A stretch of 63,991 bases of DNA, the filler included, from Ionaspis alba (lineage: Eukaryota): NCBI GenBank assembly GCA_964255285.1. It is 13 parts of 13 records of this genome, joined end to end, with 100 filler letters (N's around TTAATTAATTAA, not from the genome) between each part and the next. Parts side by side here need not be neighbours in the genome. Positions count along the whole stretch, not along the records: positions 1 to 5,006 come from CAXUUL010001047.1; positions 5,107 to 10,111 come from CAXUUL010001048.1; positions 10,212 to 15,215 come from CAXUUL010001049.1; 10 more parts are not named here. One strand, written 5' to 3'. Position 1 is the first letter of the stretch. Each line of letters starts with the position of its first letter. A program made the position numbers and the translations under genes. Positions 1 to 12,021 of this stretch are shown here, piece after piece. The notes beneath the pieces were generated by a model. That model was not told the DNA's origin. It worked only from the letters and a program-made list of their open reading frames with translations, and made no database searches.

Positions 1-375
1 GCTCCGTCGGTTCTAGCACGGGGCTTGCCTGCGTCCATGATCTCCAACAATTCGAGCTGCTACGACATTCTACTTACACACTGTGATATGTCATTGCCGA
101 TTGTAAGCAGCCCGCACCGGATTCGGTTCGGAAGACCCGTCCTTGTTCACGCAAGCTCAACGAATGGGAGAACGAAACTGCTCTTACACAGCTGCATCTG
201 TTACTGTTTGACGGTGAGCAGTTGAACGACCCTAAGCACCAACAAGCTTTATTCGTCAAGGAGCTTTGTCGTGGATTCATCCTGTACATATTCCAGAGAC
301 AGCAGAAGTCGCAGTGAGGAATCCAACTATCAACAAAGCCTTGTTGGTACATAAAGGTAGCTGTGTGTATAGGGG

Positions 376-1558
376 ATGGCCACGAACGGATGTGGTGTGA
401 ATCCTGGGAATGGCTCTACTCCAAATGGTTCACGCGTGGATAGTTCTTTGGAGGAGAACGGAGGTGACGGAGTGCTTCTGGAATCGAGTATGTACGGCCA
501 GCTGAAAGCCAGGGCGGAGAAGTTTAGTCAAACAAGACCCAGCAGCTGGTCGGATCAGAAGGAACGGATAGTACGTGGTCCCTTCGATTACATGTTTGGT
601 CATCCAGGCAAAGACATTCGCGCGGAGTTGATTGCGGCTTTCAACATGTGGTTAGAGGTACCAGAGAAAAGCCTCATAATTATTACGAAAGTTGTAGGAA
701 TGCTACATACTGCGTCATTACTAGTAGACGACGTGGAAGATTCCTCTCAGTTACGAAGAGGCGTGCCTGTTGCCCATAATATATTCGGGGCAGCGCAAAC
801 AATCAACAGCGCTAATTATATCTACTTTTGTGCTCTGCAAGAGCTGCGAGAATTGGGGAATTCAAAAGCCAACGACATATACATCGATGAGCTTCTCAAT
901 CTACATCGTGGGCAAGGAATGGAACTTTATTGGCGTGACAGCTTGATCTGTCCGTCCGAGGAAGACTACCTTGAGATGGTCGGCAACAAGACCGGAGGAC
1001 TGTTTCGGCTGGCAGTCAAGCTGATGCAAGCCGAAAGCAGCAGTGACAAGTAAGAAACTGCTACCCTTCGACCACCTTGTGATTTGTTGTACTGACTCGA
1101 CTCTGTGATCTAGAGACTGTCTTCCTCTTGTCGACATTATTGGACTGCTGTTCCAAATCCTAGACGACTACAAAAACATATCTTCGGAGACGTATAGCTT
1201 GTCGAAAGGTGTCTTTGCTGAAGACCTTACCGAGGGCAAATTTTCGTTTCCGATCATCCACGCGATCGGCGCCAATTCATCGAACAAGGAGCTCATTAGT
1301 ATCTTGAAACAGAAAACCGTTGACGAGAACGTTAAGAGATACGCTGTTGACTATATCAAGAGGGCAAACAGCTTTGCATACACACGCAGAGTAATGCGAG
1401 ATCTGACCGAGACAGCGCTGGATATGATTTATGCATTGGAGAAAGATCGGGGTGAGGGTAAAGACGCAGAGGTCGAGGGAGCGGAGTTGCCAGGCAATAG
1501 GATGCGTAAGATCTTGGCAAAGATGAGAGTGACTGAAGCTTTTGAGAATACGCCATGA
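376..1558 (+). CDS. Geranylgeranyl diphosphate synthase (2 exons: 376-1049, 1114-1558)
   Basis: [18 protein letters not shown] (FARM), [21 protein letters not shown] (SARM, after splicing intron 1050-1113) and [11 protein letters not shown] motifs. Confidence 0.95.
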
Positions 1559-2169
1559 TTTGGTGGGAGCAAGCGGCTATTGATTGAGAAATGAAGGCTT
1601 GAGCTTCAGAATTCTTAGTATACTCGTCCAGTGGATATTGGAACGGTGATCACAATACATGACCAGATATAAATATGTACTTTCAAATGAGCAGTCGTCT
1701 GTGACAGTAATAGCTTCTATTAATGGTACGAGCCCAGAGTCTGTTGAGTCACGACTACGCAACCATCCATGGGGGGCCTCTTATAGTATATAACTCTTTC
1801 GCTTGATTGTAGACTAAAATGGGTACTATTGATACATACCCTAGTCACGTGCACTAGCGTAGCCTTAGCCCCTTGGCAACCCCTATGTCTGAGTCCTGAC
1901 CTAATAGAGTCTATTGGTGGAAGCATGACTGGCAAGCCTAACAGACCACTAAAGGGTCACGTTTCGACCACCTAGCAGCTGATTCAATAGCATAGTAACT
2001 GATGGAGTTCCTACTTACCAATCTTAGTTCGTGAGGTATACTCTTGAAGAGTACGTCATGCTCGACCGAGTCAGACAATTGTCTAGTACTAACCTGAAGG
2101 TACACGTCCTTATAGTCTCGTTCACAGAACCGCGTTGTCCTCACATCCTTCCACGTTGTTTCCGTCACA

Positions 2170-3370
2170 ATGCCTCTTAATCGATATCTTCAAGCTATTC
2201 AGCTTGCTCTCGGAATACTAGGCAGCTACATGACATGGTACCTTGTACTTGAAAATGGAACCGCAGCGCAGATTGCAGCATTCAACGGCCTTGACTTTCT
2301 ACCTGGATCAAAAGTGCCCATTCGGCGGATTTTCACTGGCGTCAAAGCCGTTGACAAGTACTTGACAGCCATGAACTGTGTTGGGTGGCTGATAGTCGGT
2401 GGAGACCATCCGGGTCTTTCCCTCCACGCATATCTGTTCTGTGGGCAGTTCGCTGCTACTTATGGACTTTTGATGATTGAGGCTTCTCGAAGCGGCAATC
2501 ATGATAAGATCATCGCGTAGTAAGTACGCATCCAGATGCTAGACTTCGTTGAGCTGACACATTCCAAGTGTCTTGATGTGGGGATTGCTCATACGGACTG
2601 GCGGCTGGGCGACTGTTGGCGCTGTACTCTCCATATTACATCTTTCTACTTCGCCCAGTATGGAGCCATCCGCTTCAAACATAGCTGTCACAGCCGTTGA
2701 CTCGCTGAGCACGTTCGTGGCAATGACGGGTGGGTATTTTCTGCCATCAATCCTCGCCAGCCTGCCAGCACCGTCAGTGGTAACCTACGATCAAAAGCAA
2801 ATAACGTTGGCGATCTGGCAGGCCTTTCCGATATGGATCTCTGCTCTCTATCTCGTCTCCAAACGTACTTTGAGCTTTGTGATCCAGTCTAGTGCTACAA
2901 ATCCTACTAACGTAGAGCCGGGACTGGATATGGAAGCTCTCCGCTTTACATACAGTACTTTACTACTCGTCGCCGGATTCACACACGTTCATGCCTGGAG
3001 TCTATCCCTCACTGCAACTTATCTTCCTCAACTGTTTGCTCTACATGTTGGCGATGTTCTCGACTCAACCGCATTCTTTCCCACAGAACAAGCTCTTTCA
3101 ATCACGAATTCAAACATCCACCGCGGAGTGGCTTTATGGCTTCAATGGGACGAGATCATTGGTACTTCCGCTTTTTTCATATGGACACTCACGCTCTACG
3201 TTCAGGCTAAATATCAGAATGAGCAGCGTCTCAGTCTCAGATTATGGTTGCAGCTCTTTGTAGGCACCACTGTTGCTGGACCTACGACCGGTGCTGTTGC
3301 ATTGATGTGGGCTCGAGATGAGCTAGTTGCAAGTGCTCAAACTCGGAAGAGGAAAGTCTCAAGAGATTAA
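2170..3370 (+). CDS. Multi-pass membrane protein, IdtA/PaxA/AtmA (AscI-like) family of terpenoid clusters (exons 2170-2519, 2569-3370)
   Basis: Intron GTAAGT..CTGAC..AAG joins two hydrophobic ORFs in frame; FTGVxxVDxxL, LMIExxRxGN, GYFLPSILxxLP, WQAFPIW, LQWD and GPxxGAxxLxWxRD motifs resemble this family. Confidence 0.7.
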
Positions 3371-4389
3371 TGCACAAAGCGACTCAGTTAAGGAATTTTC
3401 AACTTTGACTACCCACGTCTCAGTCTGGGCTCTAGACTTCTCGCCTCACACAGACCCAGATTCCCAAGCTTCAACATACGGCTTTGCGTTGTTTGCCCTC
3501 TTTATTCTATAAACTCTTCGACATCTCCTTCCGCTCTCACGAATCTCCCTTTCAAGATAGCTTGCTCCGAACTCGCCACCCACACACGGGCAAATCGCCC
3601 AGGTAGTCATGTGCCACTGACGGGGCTCAATCTAAATATTAAGCAGCGGCTCGAATCGACTCTTTCAGGAGTACATCCAGATGAAAAAAGCGAAAGTACA
3701 GGCGAGCAAATGCTCTCGAATTTAAGAGTACAATACGTGAAAACTTCCCTAGATATGACTCAGTGGGATCAGAGACGGGCTTCCTCCTAACTATCTTGAA
3801 AACAGTCAATGACAAGGGAGTTGACCGCATCTATGGTAGCACGGCTGATAGCATTTGAGTATCCAATACCTCAGTGAACCGTGGGACAGCAAGAGTACAC
3901 TAGAAGTGTATGCAAGAGGACGGTGATACGTATTTAGCGGCCTGCATGCACCTGCTCGTGTCGCCGCGGAGATTGCTTGATCCTTCCGAGTCATCGCAAA
4001 TCTAAAGTCCATGGTGCAGAGCCATGAGTTCGTCCACTTGCATTACCCGGAGCGCTTGTATGCACGACGTGCTCGAACATAGCTGCATGTAATACGATAT
4101 AGATTCGGCCAGAACCCGTCGCTTGCTACGCACTGCTTAGGTAGCTTTGATATACGCCATCAGACTCGCATGGACAGTTGGGCTACAAGGTCAGCTGCTT
4201 TGGTTAGCTTATTGGACTTAATCGCGGATGTTGCTACAGCTGTCCTGCTTACTAAGGATGAGCAGATTGATGGAGAGTGAAGTAAAAGTCCTCCATAGGT
4301 AGTGATAAAGTCCATCTGACCTTCCTGCAAACATAGAGTAAGAAGAGAAGAAAGAAAAGGAATGCACGAAATCGACTTGTCGAGTCGTC

Positions 4390-5006
4390 ATGTTTCTTCA
4401 AAGCTTCCTGTGTACTTGGTTCTGGGTATGCCACGACGAAGACTGGGCGCCTCATAATCATCCCTACCTGTTTCTCTTCCTGACTCTTTGGATACTACTG
4501 CTCCTATGGAGACTCTGGACATTCACCTTGCGGCCCATGATGGTACCGTCTCTTCCATGCCCGCTTCCTTACTGGATTCCGGGTGAGTCCTTTGTTCTGA
4601 TGCAAGCAATATATTAGCCACTGATTCCGGATTGTAGTAGTTGGTATGCAAACGTTCCTCGCAACTAGAAGCTTGTCCTAGGCTCAACGTTCATTTGAGT
4701 TGAACATCATACAGGCCACGTGATACCGTTCTTCCGCAACACTGATAGGCTTCTATCTTTTGGACGGTACAGAAGACACCCTCTTCCCAAGTTCTCCATA
4801 ACTAAGTCGTGAGAGACACTATTTCAACGATACACGACAACCATTTGCTATTACTGTAGCTGGCACAACGATGTATATTCTGACCGACGTGAAGGACGTT
4901 GCAGAACTGTATAAGATCAATAACACGCTCTCCTTTGATCAACTACTCTTCGATATGATGAAAGTGTTTGGTCTTCCGCAAGTATTGGTGGAAAAGATGT
5001 TTCAGA
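4390..5006 (+). CDS. Cytochrome P450 (CYP7/CYP8-like fungal group), 5' part, truncated by scaffold end
   Basis: N-terminal TM helix then LWRLWTFT..P..PLPYWIP/VVGHVIPF; later exon YFNDTRQPFAITVAGTTMYILTDVKDVAELYK..TLSFD. The heme motif is not in view. Confidence 0.75.
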
Positions 5007-5106
5007 NNNNNNNNNNNNNNNNNNNNNNNNNNNNNNNNNNNNNNNNNNNNTTAATTAATTAANNNNNNNNNNNNNNNNNNNNNNNNNNNNNNNNNNNNNN
5101 NNNNNN
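5007..5106. other. Artificial scaffold linker N44-TTAATTAATTAA-N44 (also at 10112, 15216, 20318, 25417, 30515, 35609, 40691, 45766, 50836, 55901, 60957)
   Basis: Identical 100-nt spacer with stops in all six frames, 12 occurrences. Confidence 0.99.
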
Positions 5107-5898
5107 GGGCATGATTCAGGGGTTTGCGGCGGGGTATTTTTTGTGGGATCTTTGTGTCAGTGTTATGAATGTGGGTGTTTTTGGGTGGGGGTTGTTGGCG
5201 CACGCGGTGGCGGCTTTGATCGTTTTTTCGCTTGGATTTGTGAGTAAAACCCCTTCTCTTACCCGAGTACCCTTTTCGCTTTATATCAGGATATTACAGG
5301 CGGGAATGGGAGACTAATGGGATATACGATGATATAGAGACCTTTTGTCAACTTCTATGGGCCTACATTTATCCTCTACGAGCTCTCCTCCCCTTTCCTC
5401 AACTTCCACTGGTTCTTTGACAAAATACACATGACGGGCTCGAAACCACAACTCTATAATGGTATCCTCCTCCTCTTCACGTTCTTCTGTTGCCGCCTCG
5501 TCTGGGGTACCTATCAATCCATCCGGGTCTACCAAGACGTCTGGGCAGCGATCCAATCCCCTGGCGTCCTGGTCTCTGTCGCCAACTATACGATGAGTGC
5601 AACAGAGCAGAGCGTGAACGCTGATGCCGAGATTATGCGATTCGCAGGAGAGAGAGTAGTTCCGGTCTGGCTTGCGTCGACTTATCTGGCGAGCAATGTT
5701 GTCCTGAATACATTGAATTTCTACTGGTTTGGTAAGATGATCGAGACGGTGAGAAAGAGATTCCGGCCCAAGGAGAAGAGCGCAATCAAGATGGATGGGA
5801 GGGAGACGAGCGAAGAAAGAGCGCGGGCGGGGATCGACGGGGACGGGAAGAAGGTTTTGACAGCGGAGAAGAGGGAGGTTAGAAGGAGGAAGGGATAA
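5107..5898 (+). CDS. TLC (TRAM/LAG1/CLN8) domain membrane protein, 3' part
   Basis: AAGYFLWDL, HAVAAL, then after intron ~5240-5337 RPFVNFYGPTFILYELSSPFLNFHWFFDK, FFCCRLVWG, LNFYWF. Confidence 0.88.
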
Positions 5899-7624
5899 TT
5901 ATTAGAAATTGGGCTGGCGAAAGGCGGACTGCTTCTTGTCGAGCGCTATTGTTCGGTTCTTGGCATCCCTGAAGACCATTACATACAAGGTTTTTGTGTA
6001 CAGACGCTTGGCTGAGCTTCCTGGATAGAGGGTGTTTTTGGTTTCCGGTGGGTAGAGTTGGGCATTCACTTTGCATACACTTTGCAACGCTTAGAACTAT
6101 TCTATCAAGACAGATTTACAACGCAGCATGACTAGGTTCGTGCTTTATACACAAATTTATATATCCTACCAAAAAACTACATCCAAGAGCAAAGGGTAAC
6201 TTCTTGCCTGGAATTGACGTCAGGGAGGTCTTCCATAGTATGAAACCCATGCACAAGACGCAAAGGCAGAGCATCAGAGTCAAACGACGGAGAAACCAGC
6301 CTCGGTTCACCAGTTGTTGGCCATATTTTCGCCGAGTAGGAGAAAATAGCCTCACAACTGCAGATCAAAAGCCGGAGATATTCCTTGCCGTCGACAGAAT
6401 AAGTATTATGCTATTTTCATCGCAAGGGCGAGGTTTTACGGGAATTACGCGAGGAGGAGCTTTAGGGAGCCAAATGAGGCGCACTTCCTGACAACAGTCG
6501 AAGGATTCCGTATCTTCGAGGCACTGCGCTTCGCCCGACTTGGGTTGCACAGTGAGACCGGATTTCTCTGTGCGTGACTGCTTCAACCTTCAAGTCAGAC
6601 TTGGGAACTGCGAAGAAGGCCATGCGGTTCCAGTATCTGGATATTGCGCATAGGTCGTAGGAGCAGCACCGTTAGTCGCTGGGCTTTACTTGTTGGAGGA
6701 TTCAAAGATGACGGAGGAGAGCTAAACAACCAAGACGAGGCATTTTCAGCCGCAACCCTTGCTCACGCGAAGTAGTGAGAAGTGTACTCGTAATCACCTG
6801 TTCTTGTGATGAGGGGCTAAACCTCTGTTTCTCTGTGGGGTAGATAACGAAACCGATAGGACCTGTATCAAATGCTCCCCAAATAGCCATTGGATAATCC
6901 CCTCTCATAGAAGACCTTGGAGAGGGTACTATGCCGTGCAGCTGCATTCTATTAAAGCTGGGATCTTTCGAGCATGGTAGCGATTTTATTTCCCTCACAT
7001 CAGTCAGGTGATGAAGATCGTCGATCGGGCTCTGTGCCGATGCTAAGCTTCAACTAACATGGCACCTTGCTTGCCCTAAGAAAGTCTCCGTGAGGGAGCC
7101 CTGCCTATGGCCTCCAAGCCTTGCAACGGGTGAGAGCCAAGACATACCGCAATCGATAGATGCCTTACTACCAATTTGCACAGCCCCCGAAGGAGGACGA
7201 AGTCACATTGCACACTGCACACCCTTAACAACAGTGTGGATACCTTGTCAGCCGTTTACCCATTACCCTTTGTGCCTTCTACCATAAATGAAATCCGCCT
7301 TACCATTCTTGGCAACTCCTTGAGCGGGAAGGCGCGGGGAAGGAGGTATCCCGAGGATTATAAGAGCATCCTGCACGTCACCACTCCGAAACTCTCAGTG
7401 TTTTGCCTCCTGATAGCACAAGCGTACATGTCGAGTGCTCTGTGGCAATAAATACATCTGTCTCTCAGTTCGGCCAAGATTCCTCTTCCTCGTCTTATAA
7501 AATCCTTTCGTAACCACTCCAAGCTCGAGGTCCATCCGAGCTGTCTTTCCCATCCATCACATCAGCGAAAGTGTCGTCTACACGCAGTATCATAGCTCCA
7601 TCATCCTCACGACCAAGCGCAACC

Positions 7625-8821
7625 ATGACTTCCACCACCGACCATGGAAGGCCAATCACGCCTACCAAAGTGAATGGTGCCATGCGACCGGCAAATCCAG
7701 GCGGAGCCGCAGGAAACCTCATCAATGTGCAGCCACCTCGTCGTGAAGACCTCCAGCCATCATATGCGCAGACGTTGCAAGGTGAAAGCGATGATGCTGG
7801 ATCGCATGGATGGTATGGATCTATGAGTACGCACACAACAGCACTGAAAGAAATCATAGAGAATCGTTACTGATGAGCCCATAGTCAATACTCTCGGCTC
7901 ATGTATCGGTTTCCTCGGCGCCATCCCATGCTGCGTCGTCTGCCCCAATCCCTACAAGCCAGTCAGCCAAGGAAATGTCGGCCTGGTCACCAAGTTCGGT
8001 CGCTTCTATCGCGCCGTCGACCCAGGTCTCGTCAAGATCAACCCACTTTCCGAGAGGCTTATCCAGGTCGATGTCAAGATCCAGATTGTTGGTACGTTAT
8101 CTCCACCTTCCGTCGCTCTCACGCTTTCTCCACCCACAATATACTGACAATCATCTCAGAGGTCCCCAAACAAGTCTGCATGACCAAAGACAACGTAACC
8201 CTACACCTCACCTCCGTAATCTACTACCACATCGTCTCCCCCCACAAAGCCGCCTTCGGCATCAGCAACATCCGGCAAGCCCTCGTGGAGCGCACTCAAA
8301 CCACCCTCCGCCACGTCGTCGGCGCCCGTGTCCTGCAAGATGTGATCGAGCGCCGCGAAGAAATCGCGCAATCGATCGGCGAAATCATCGAAGACGTCGC
8401 CTCAGGTTGGGGCGTGCAGGTCGAATCCATGCTCATCAAAGACATCATCTTCAGCAGCGAGCTCCAAGACTCCCTCTCCATGGCCGCGCAGAGTAAGCGG
8501 ATCGGAGAGAGCAAAGTCATTGCCGCTCGGGCGGAAGTGGAAAGCGCGAAGCTGATGCGCCAAGCGGCGGATATTTTGAGTAGTGCGCCGGCTATGCAGA
8601 TTCGTTATTTGGAGGCTATGCAGGCGATGGCGAAGAGTGCGAATAGTAAGGTTATCTTTTTGCCTGGTGTGAACCAGAATGTGCAGGCCGAGTTGGCGAA
8701 GGCGGATGCGTATGGGGAGGGGCCGAGTCAGCACGGAGGGAAGATGCCGTCGTATATGGGCGGCGTGGAGGATAGTGGGTTTCAGCAGGCGATGAACGCG
8801 AGGGTTGTGGAGAATATTTAG
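7625..8821 (+). CDS. Stomatin / band-7 (SPFH) family protein, 3 exons
   Basis: CCVVCPNPYKPVSQGNVGLVTKFG, VPKQVCMTKDNV, ERTQTTLRHVVG, SAPAMQIRYLEAM; introns near 7824-7884 and 8093-8158. Confidence 0.93.
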
Positions 8822-9171
8822 AGGGGGTGAGATTTTGAGAGGATGTGAAGGCAAGGTGGATTGTGATGCCTCGAGATGAAAATGGATGGGTAGGGGTTTA
8901 ATGGTTCGGGGAATCTCTCGTTTGTTGTGTTCAGATACCCTCAAATTGGTCGTTTTTCTTTTATTGGTAGTTCTAGTTCTATATGGGGGATGCTCTTGTT
9001 TTGGAAAATTACTCTACTTCATGCTGGCGTCACTACAGATGTGCATGTGGACTTTTGTTACGAATACTCTGTACTGCCCGCCCATTCACCTGTAACATAC
9101 TCGACGACAACAGAAAAGATCATGGGATTGCATCTGGAATGGGGTATCACTGCGTCCATCCTGTAATCCCA

Positions 9172-10111
9172 TCATCCCTTCTTCTCGAGAACCTTCATCC
9201 CATGCATCCACGGCCACAACACCTCCGGCAACTCCACAACCCCCCTGTCCTCATCCCACCCCGTCTCTAAAATTGCCGCCAATACCCTCGGCACCGCCAT
9301 CGCCGTCCCATTGACAGTAAACGGCCACCCCAACTTTCCCCCCTCCCTCACTCTCACCCTCGTCCCCAGCCTCCGAGTCTGATAATCCGTACAAACACTC
9401 ACAGAAGTGACCTCCCCCCACCCATCATTCCTATCCCTCCTTCCCGGAAAAAACGCCTCAATATCCCTCTTCCTAAACGCGCTAGCCCCCAGATCCTCAC
9501 TCGGCTGTTCAAGCACCCTGCAATGCAATCCCAACGCCTCAAGAATCTCCTTCTGGATCCCAAGCATCTCCTCAAACAGGGCATCCGCAGCCTGTTCATC
9601 AGGCACCGTCCACCCAAACATCTCCACCTTCGTAAACTCGTGCACCCGATACAACCCCTTGGTATCCACGCCCCTTGCCCCCGCTTCCGCCCGGTAACAC
9701 CGACTAGCACCGACTACCTTGATCGGCAGCTCCTGCTCCCTGAGTTCACATCCGGCCTTCAACCCCGCAAACGGTATCTCCGCCGTGCCCGCCAGCGCCA
9801 TCTCCGGTTTCCGCTTCGCAATATCCTGCGCGCTCTGCGCAATAGTGTAGATCTGCTGCTCGCCGCCCTGATCACGGGGGCGGAAGCCACAGGCAGAGGC
9901 GATATGCGTGTAGGTGAGGGATGGAGGCGTGATGATCGTGAAGTCATGGGAGAGGGCTACGCTGAGCGCGTATTGAATTAGGGCTTGTTCGAGGAGGGCA
10001 GCTCCGTTGAGGAGGTAGTAGAAACCCCAGCCGGAGGTGGTGCTTGCGGAGGTGAAGTCGAGGAGGGATAGGTGGGTGCCGATCTCGGTGTGGGATTTTG
10101 GTGGGGTGGGA
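9172..10111 (-). CDS. DIA4: Mitochondrial seryl-tRNA synthetase, C-terminal part (5' truncated)
   Basis: GWGFYYLLN..ALLEQAL, LAGTAEIP, CYRAEAG, GLYRVHEFTKVEMF, TDYQTRRL, NGTAMAVPR class II aaRS motifs. Confidence 0.9.
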
Positions 10112-10211
10112 NNNNNNNNNNNNNNNNNNNNNNNNNNNNNNNNNNNNNNNNNNNNTTAATTAATTAANNNNNNNNNNNNNNNNNNNNNNNNNNNNNNNNN
10201 NNNNNNNNNNN

Positions 10212-10463
10212 GCCGAGGAGGGAGGAGAGGAGGGAGGGCCTGGTGGGTTTGGTTAGCTTTGCGGGTGGTTTTGGGAAGTAGGGAGCGAGGGAGGGGGATG
10301 TGCTTACACGAAGATGACGTCGAATTGGAAGAGCCAACTGGGGCAGATGAAGTAGAGGGCGATGGTGAGGGAGTTGCCCAAGGCGAGGAAGATGGCGGCT
10401 ATGATCGTGAGGGCGTTTTGATTGATGTCGGCGTTGATGGGCGTTGGGAAGGAGTAGGGGAAG
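10212..10463 (-). CDS. Fragment of an uncharacterised fungal membrane protein gene (apparent 1-nt frameshift)
   Basis: Exon bounded by CTGAC..TAG acceptor and GTAAGC donor; hydrophobic TIIAAIFLALG..., then WLFQFDVIFV/PSLLSSLLG in the adjacent frame. Confidence 0.4.
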
Positions 10464-12021
10464 ATGAGGAAGCTATGTCAAGAGGTCAGCATGGAGCGCG
10501 ATTGAAAATGGACATTCTGGTGCTTGTTTGCCCACCCAAGAAGAATCATAGAGGTGGCCAGTGTGCCCATTAATCTCCAATACCATCTTGTCTGATCTCT
10601 TTCCGTATACATATCAAACACTGTCTGGCGCGGTCGCCATTTCGGACTTGGCGCCATGGCAGCTGACAGCTGTCTGGGGGGGGGAAGCTATAGAATCGCA
10701 GATTGTGTTCGTAGCAGTCGCTCGAGGCTGTAAAACTTCTCAGCGCTCTTGACGAGCACGCAGAGTGCTTTTATGGTCGAGCCCTTCTCAAGGAAGGGAA
10801 GGAAAACTTCTTGCGCGATGAGAAAGCACAGCGAGGAAGCGAAGGAGGACCTGGTATAATCGGGGCCCGCAACAGTGGCTTACTGCTGCGGGAAGCAGTA
10901 GGAATACGGCGCGGTCAAATTAGGCACTTCCCGCTCCGACAATAATAATCTCAGCAGTCGGTGCTGGTTCAAAGGCGCACCAACGAGGAAAACAGATTCG
11001 GAGAACTGTTCGACGATGATATCGAGTCACGCGAATACGGTGATGCTATTATCTCAACATGATAGAATGTTCGGAAAGCAGAACGGACTTCCAGATGCTT
11101 ATGATCAAGACACGAAGCTGAGCAAGGCATCGGTGGGGCTTTGTACCTTGACCGCCCAGGCAGATTAGTCCTTCTTGGGGTTCGCGACAATGGCTGTGCT
11201 CAGCGGGACGGACCTTCGTCCATTCCCCGCGCCCATGCCTGATCATTGTTTTTGATCAAGGTCCTTTCGGTCCTGTCACTGTCAATCGAGTCCTTCTACG
11301 AGTTCACCTTATGGGAGCGGATGTTCGGGGCAACGCAAGACATTGAGGCCATGGCTACTCTATCAGTGTAGATGTGCATGATGGGCTGGGGGTTTTCATC
11401 AGTGCGGTGCATGTTGCACAGGCATACAGGTGCTCGGATGCTGGGCCAAGCAGGTATCTATCATGTAGAGCACTGCTATCTATATTATAGCTATCAAATG
11501 CGAATCGCGGATCAAATGATAGATTCAAAGAGAGCGAAATATGCTGAATCTAGAATCATAAACTACCAAGTCTTCGCTAGACAACTCCAATTGGAGCTCT
11601 AGCGAGCAATCAAATTCGTCGGCGAAAGTTTTGCTGTCTTCGCCGACCTTCAAAAGCCCGACGTACTACGTCAAATGCATGGAAGGATCACCTACACGCC
11701 CCAATAAGTCTTCCTTGCGCAAGCACTCCAGACCGTTGGGGCTATGATGCACCCCGTTCAATGCAATAGTCATGGGAAAGACGAAGAGGTCAAGATGAGG
11801 CAGATCATTCGAGTGTGGTGTTTGGGCAAGTCAAGGTTCTCTAAACTATGGTACTCCGACGGCACAAGTCAGTGGCAACGTAGTCATAGAGTCCGTAGAC
11901 TGTTTCAATAGATCGTCGTTGATTCATCACACTAATTGTAGAGTAGAACCGAGAGAAGCTGGACCAAATCCAGACCAGTCTGAACCCAGAACCGACAAGA
12001 CAATCCATGTCACTAACACTA

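Noticed and set aside
5051..5062. TTAATTAATTAA recurring every ~5.1 kb as a biological periodic repeat
   Set aside because: Always centred in a 100-nt N spacer; an artificial six-frame stop linker.
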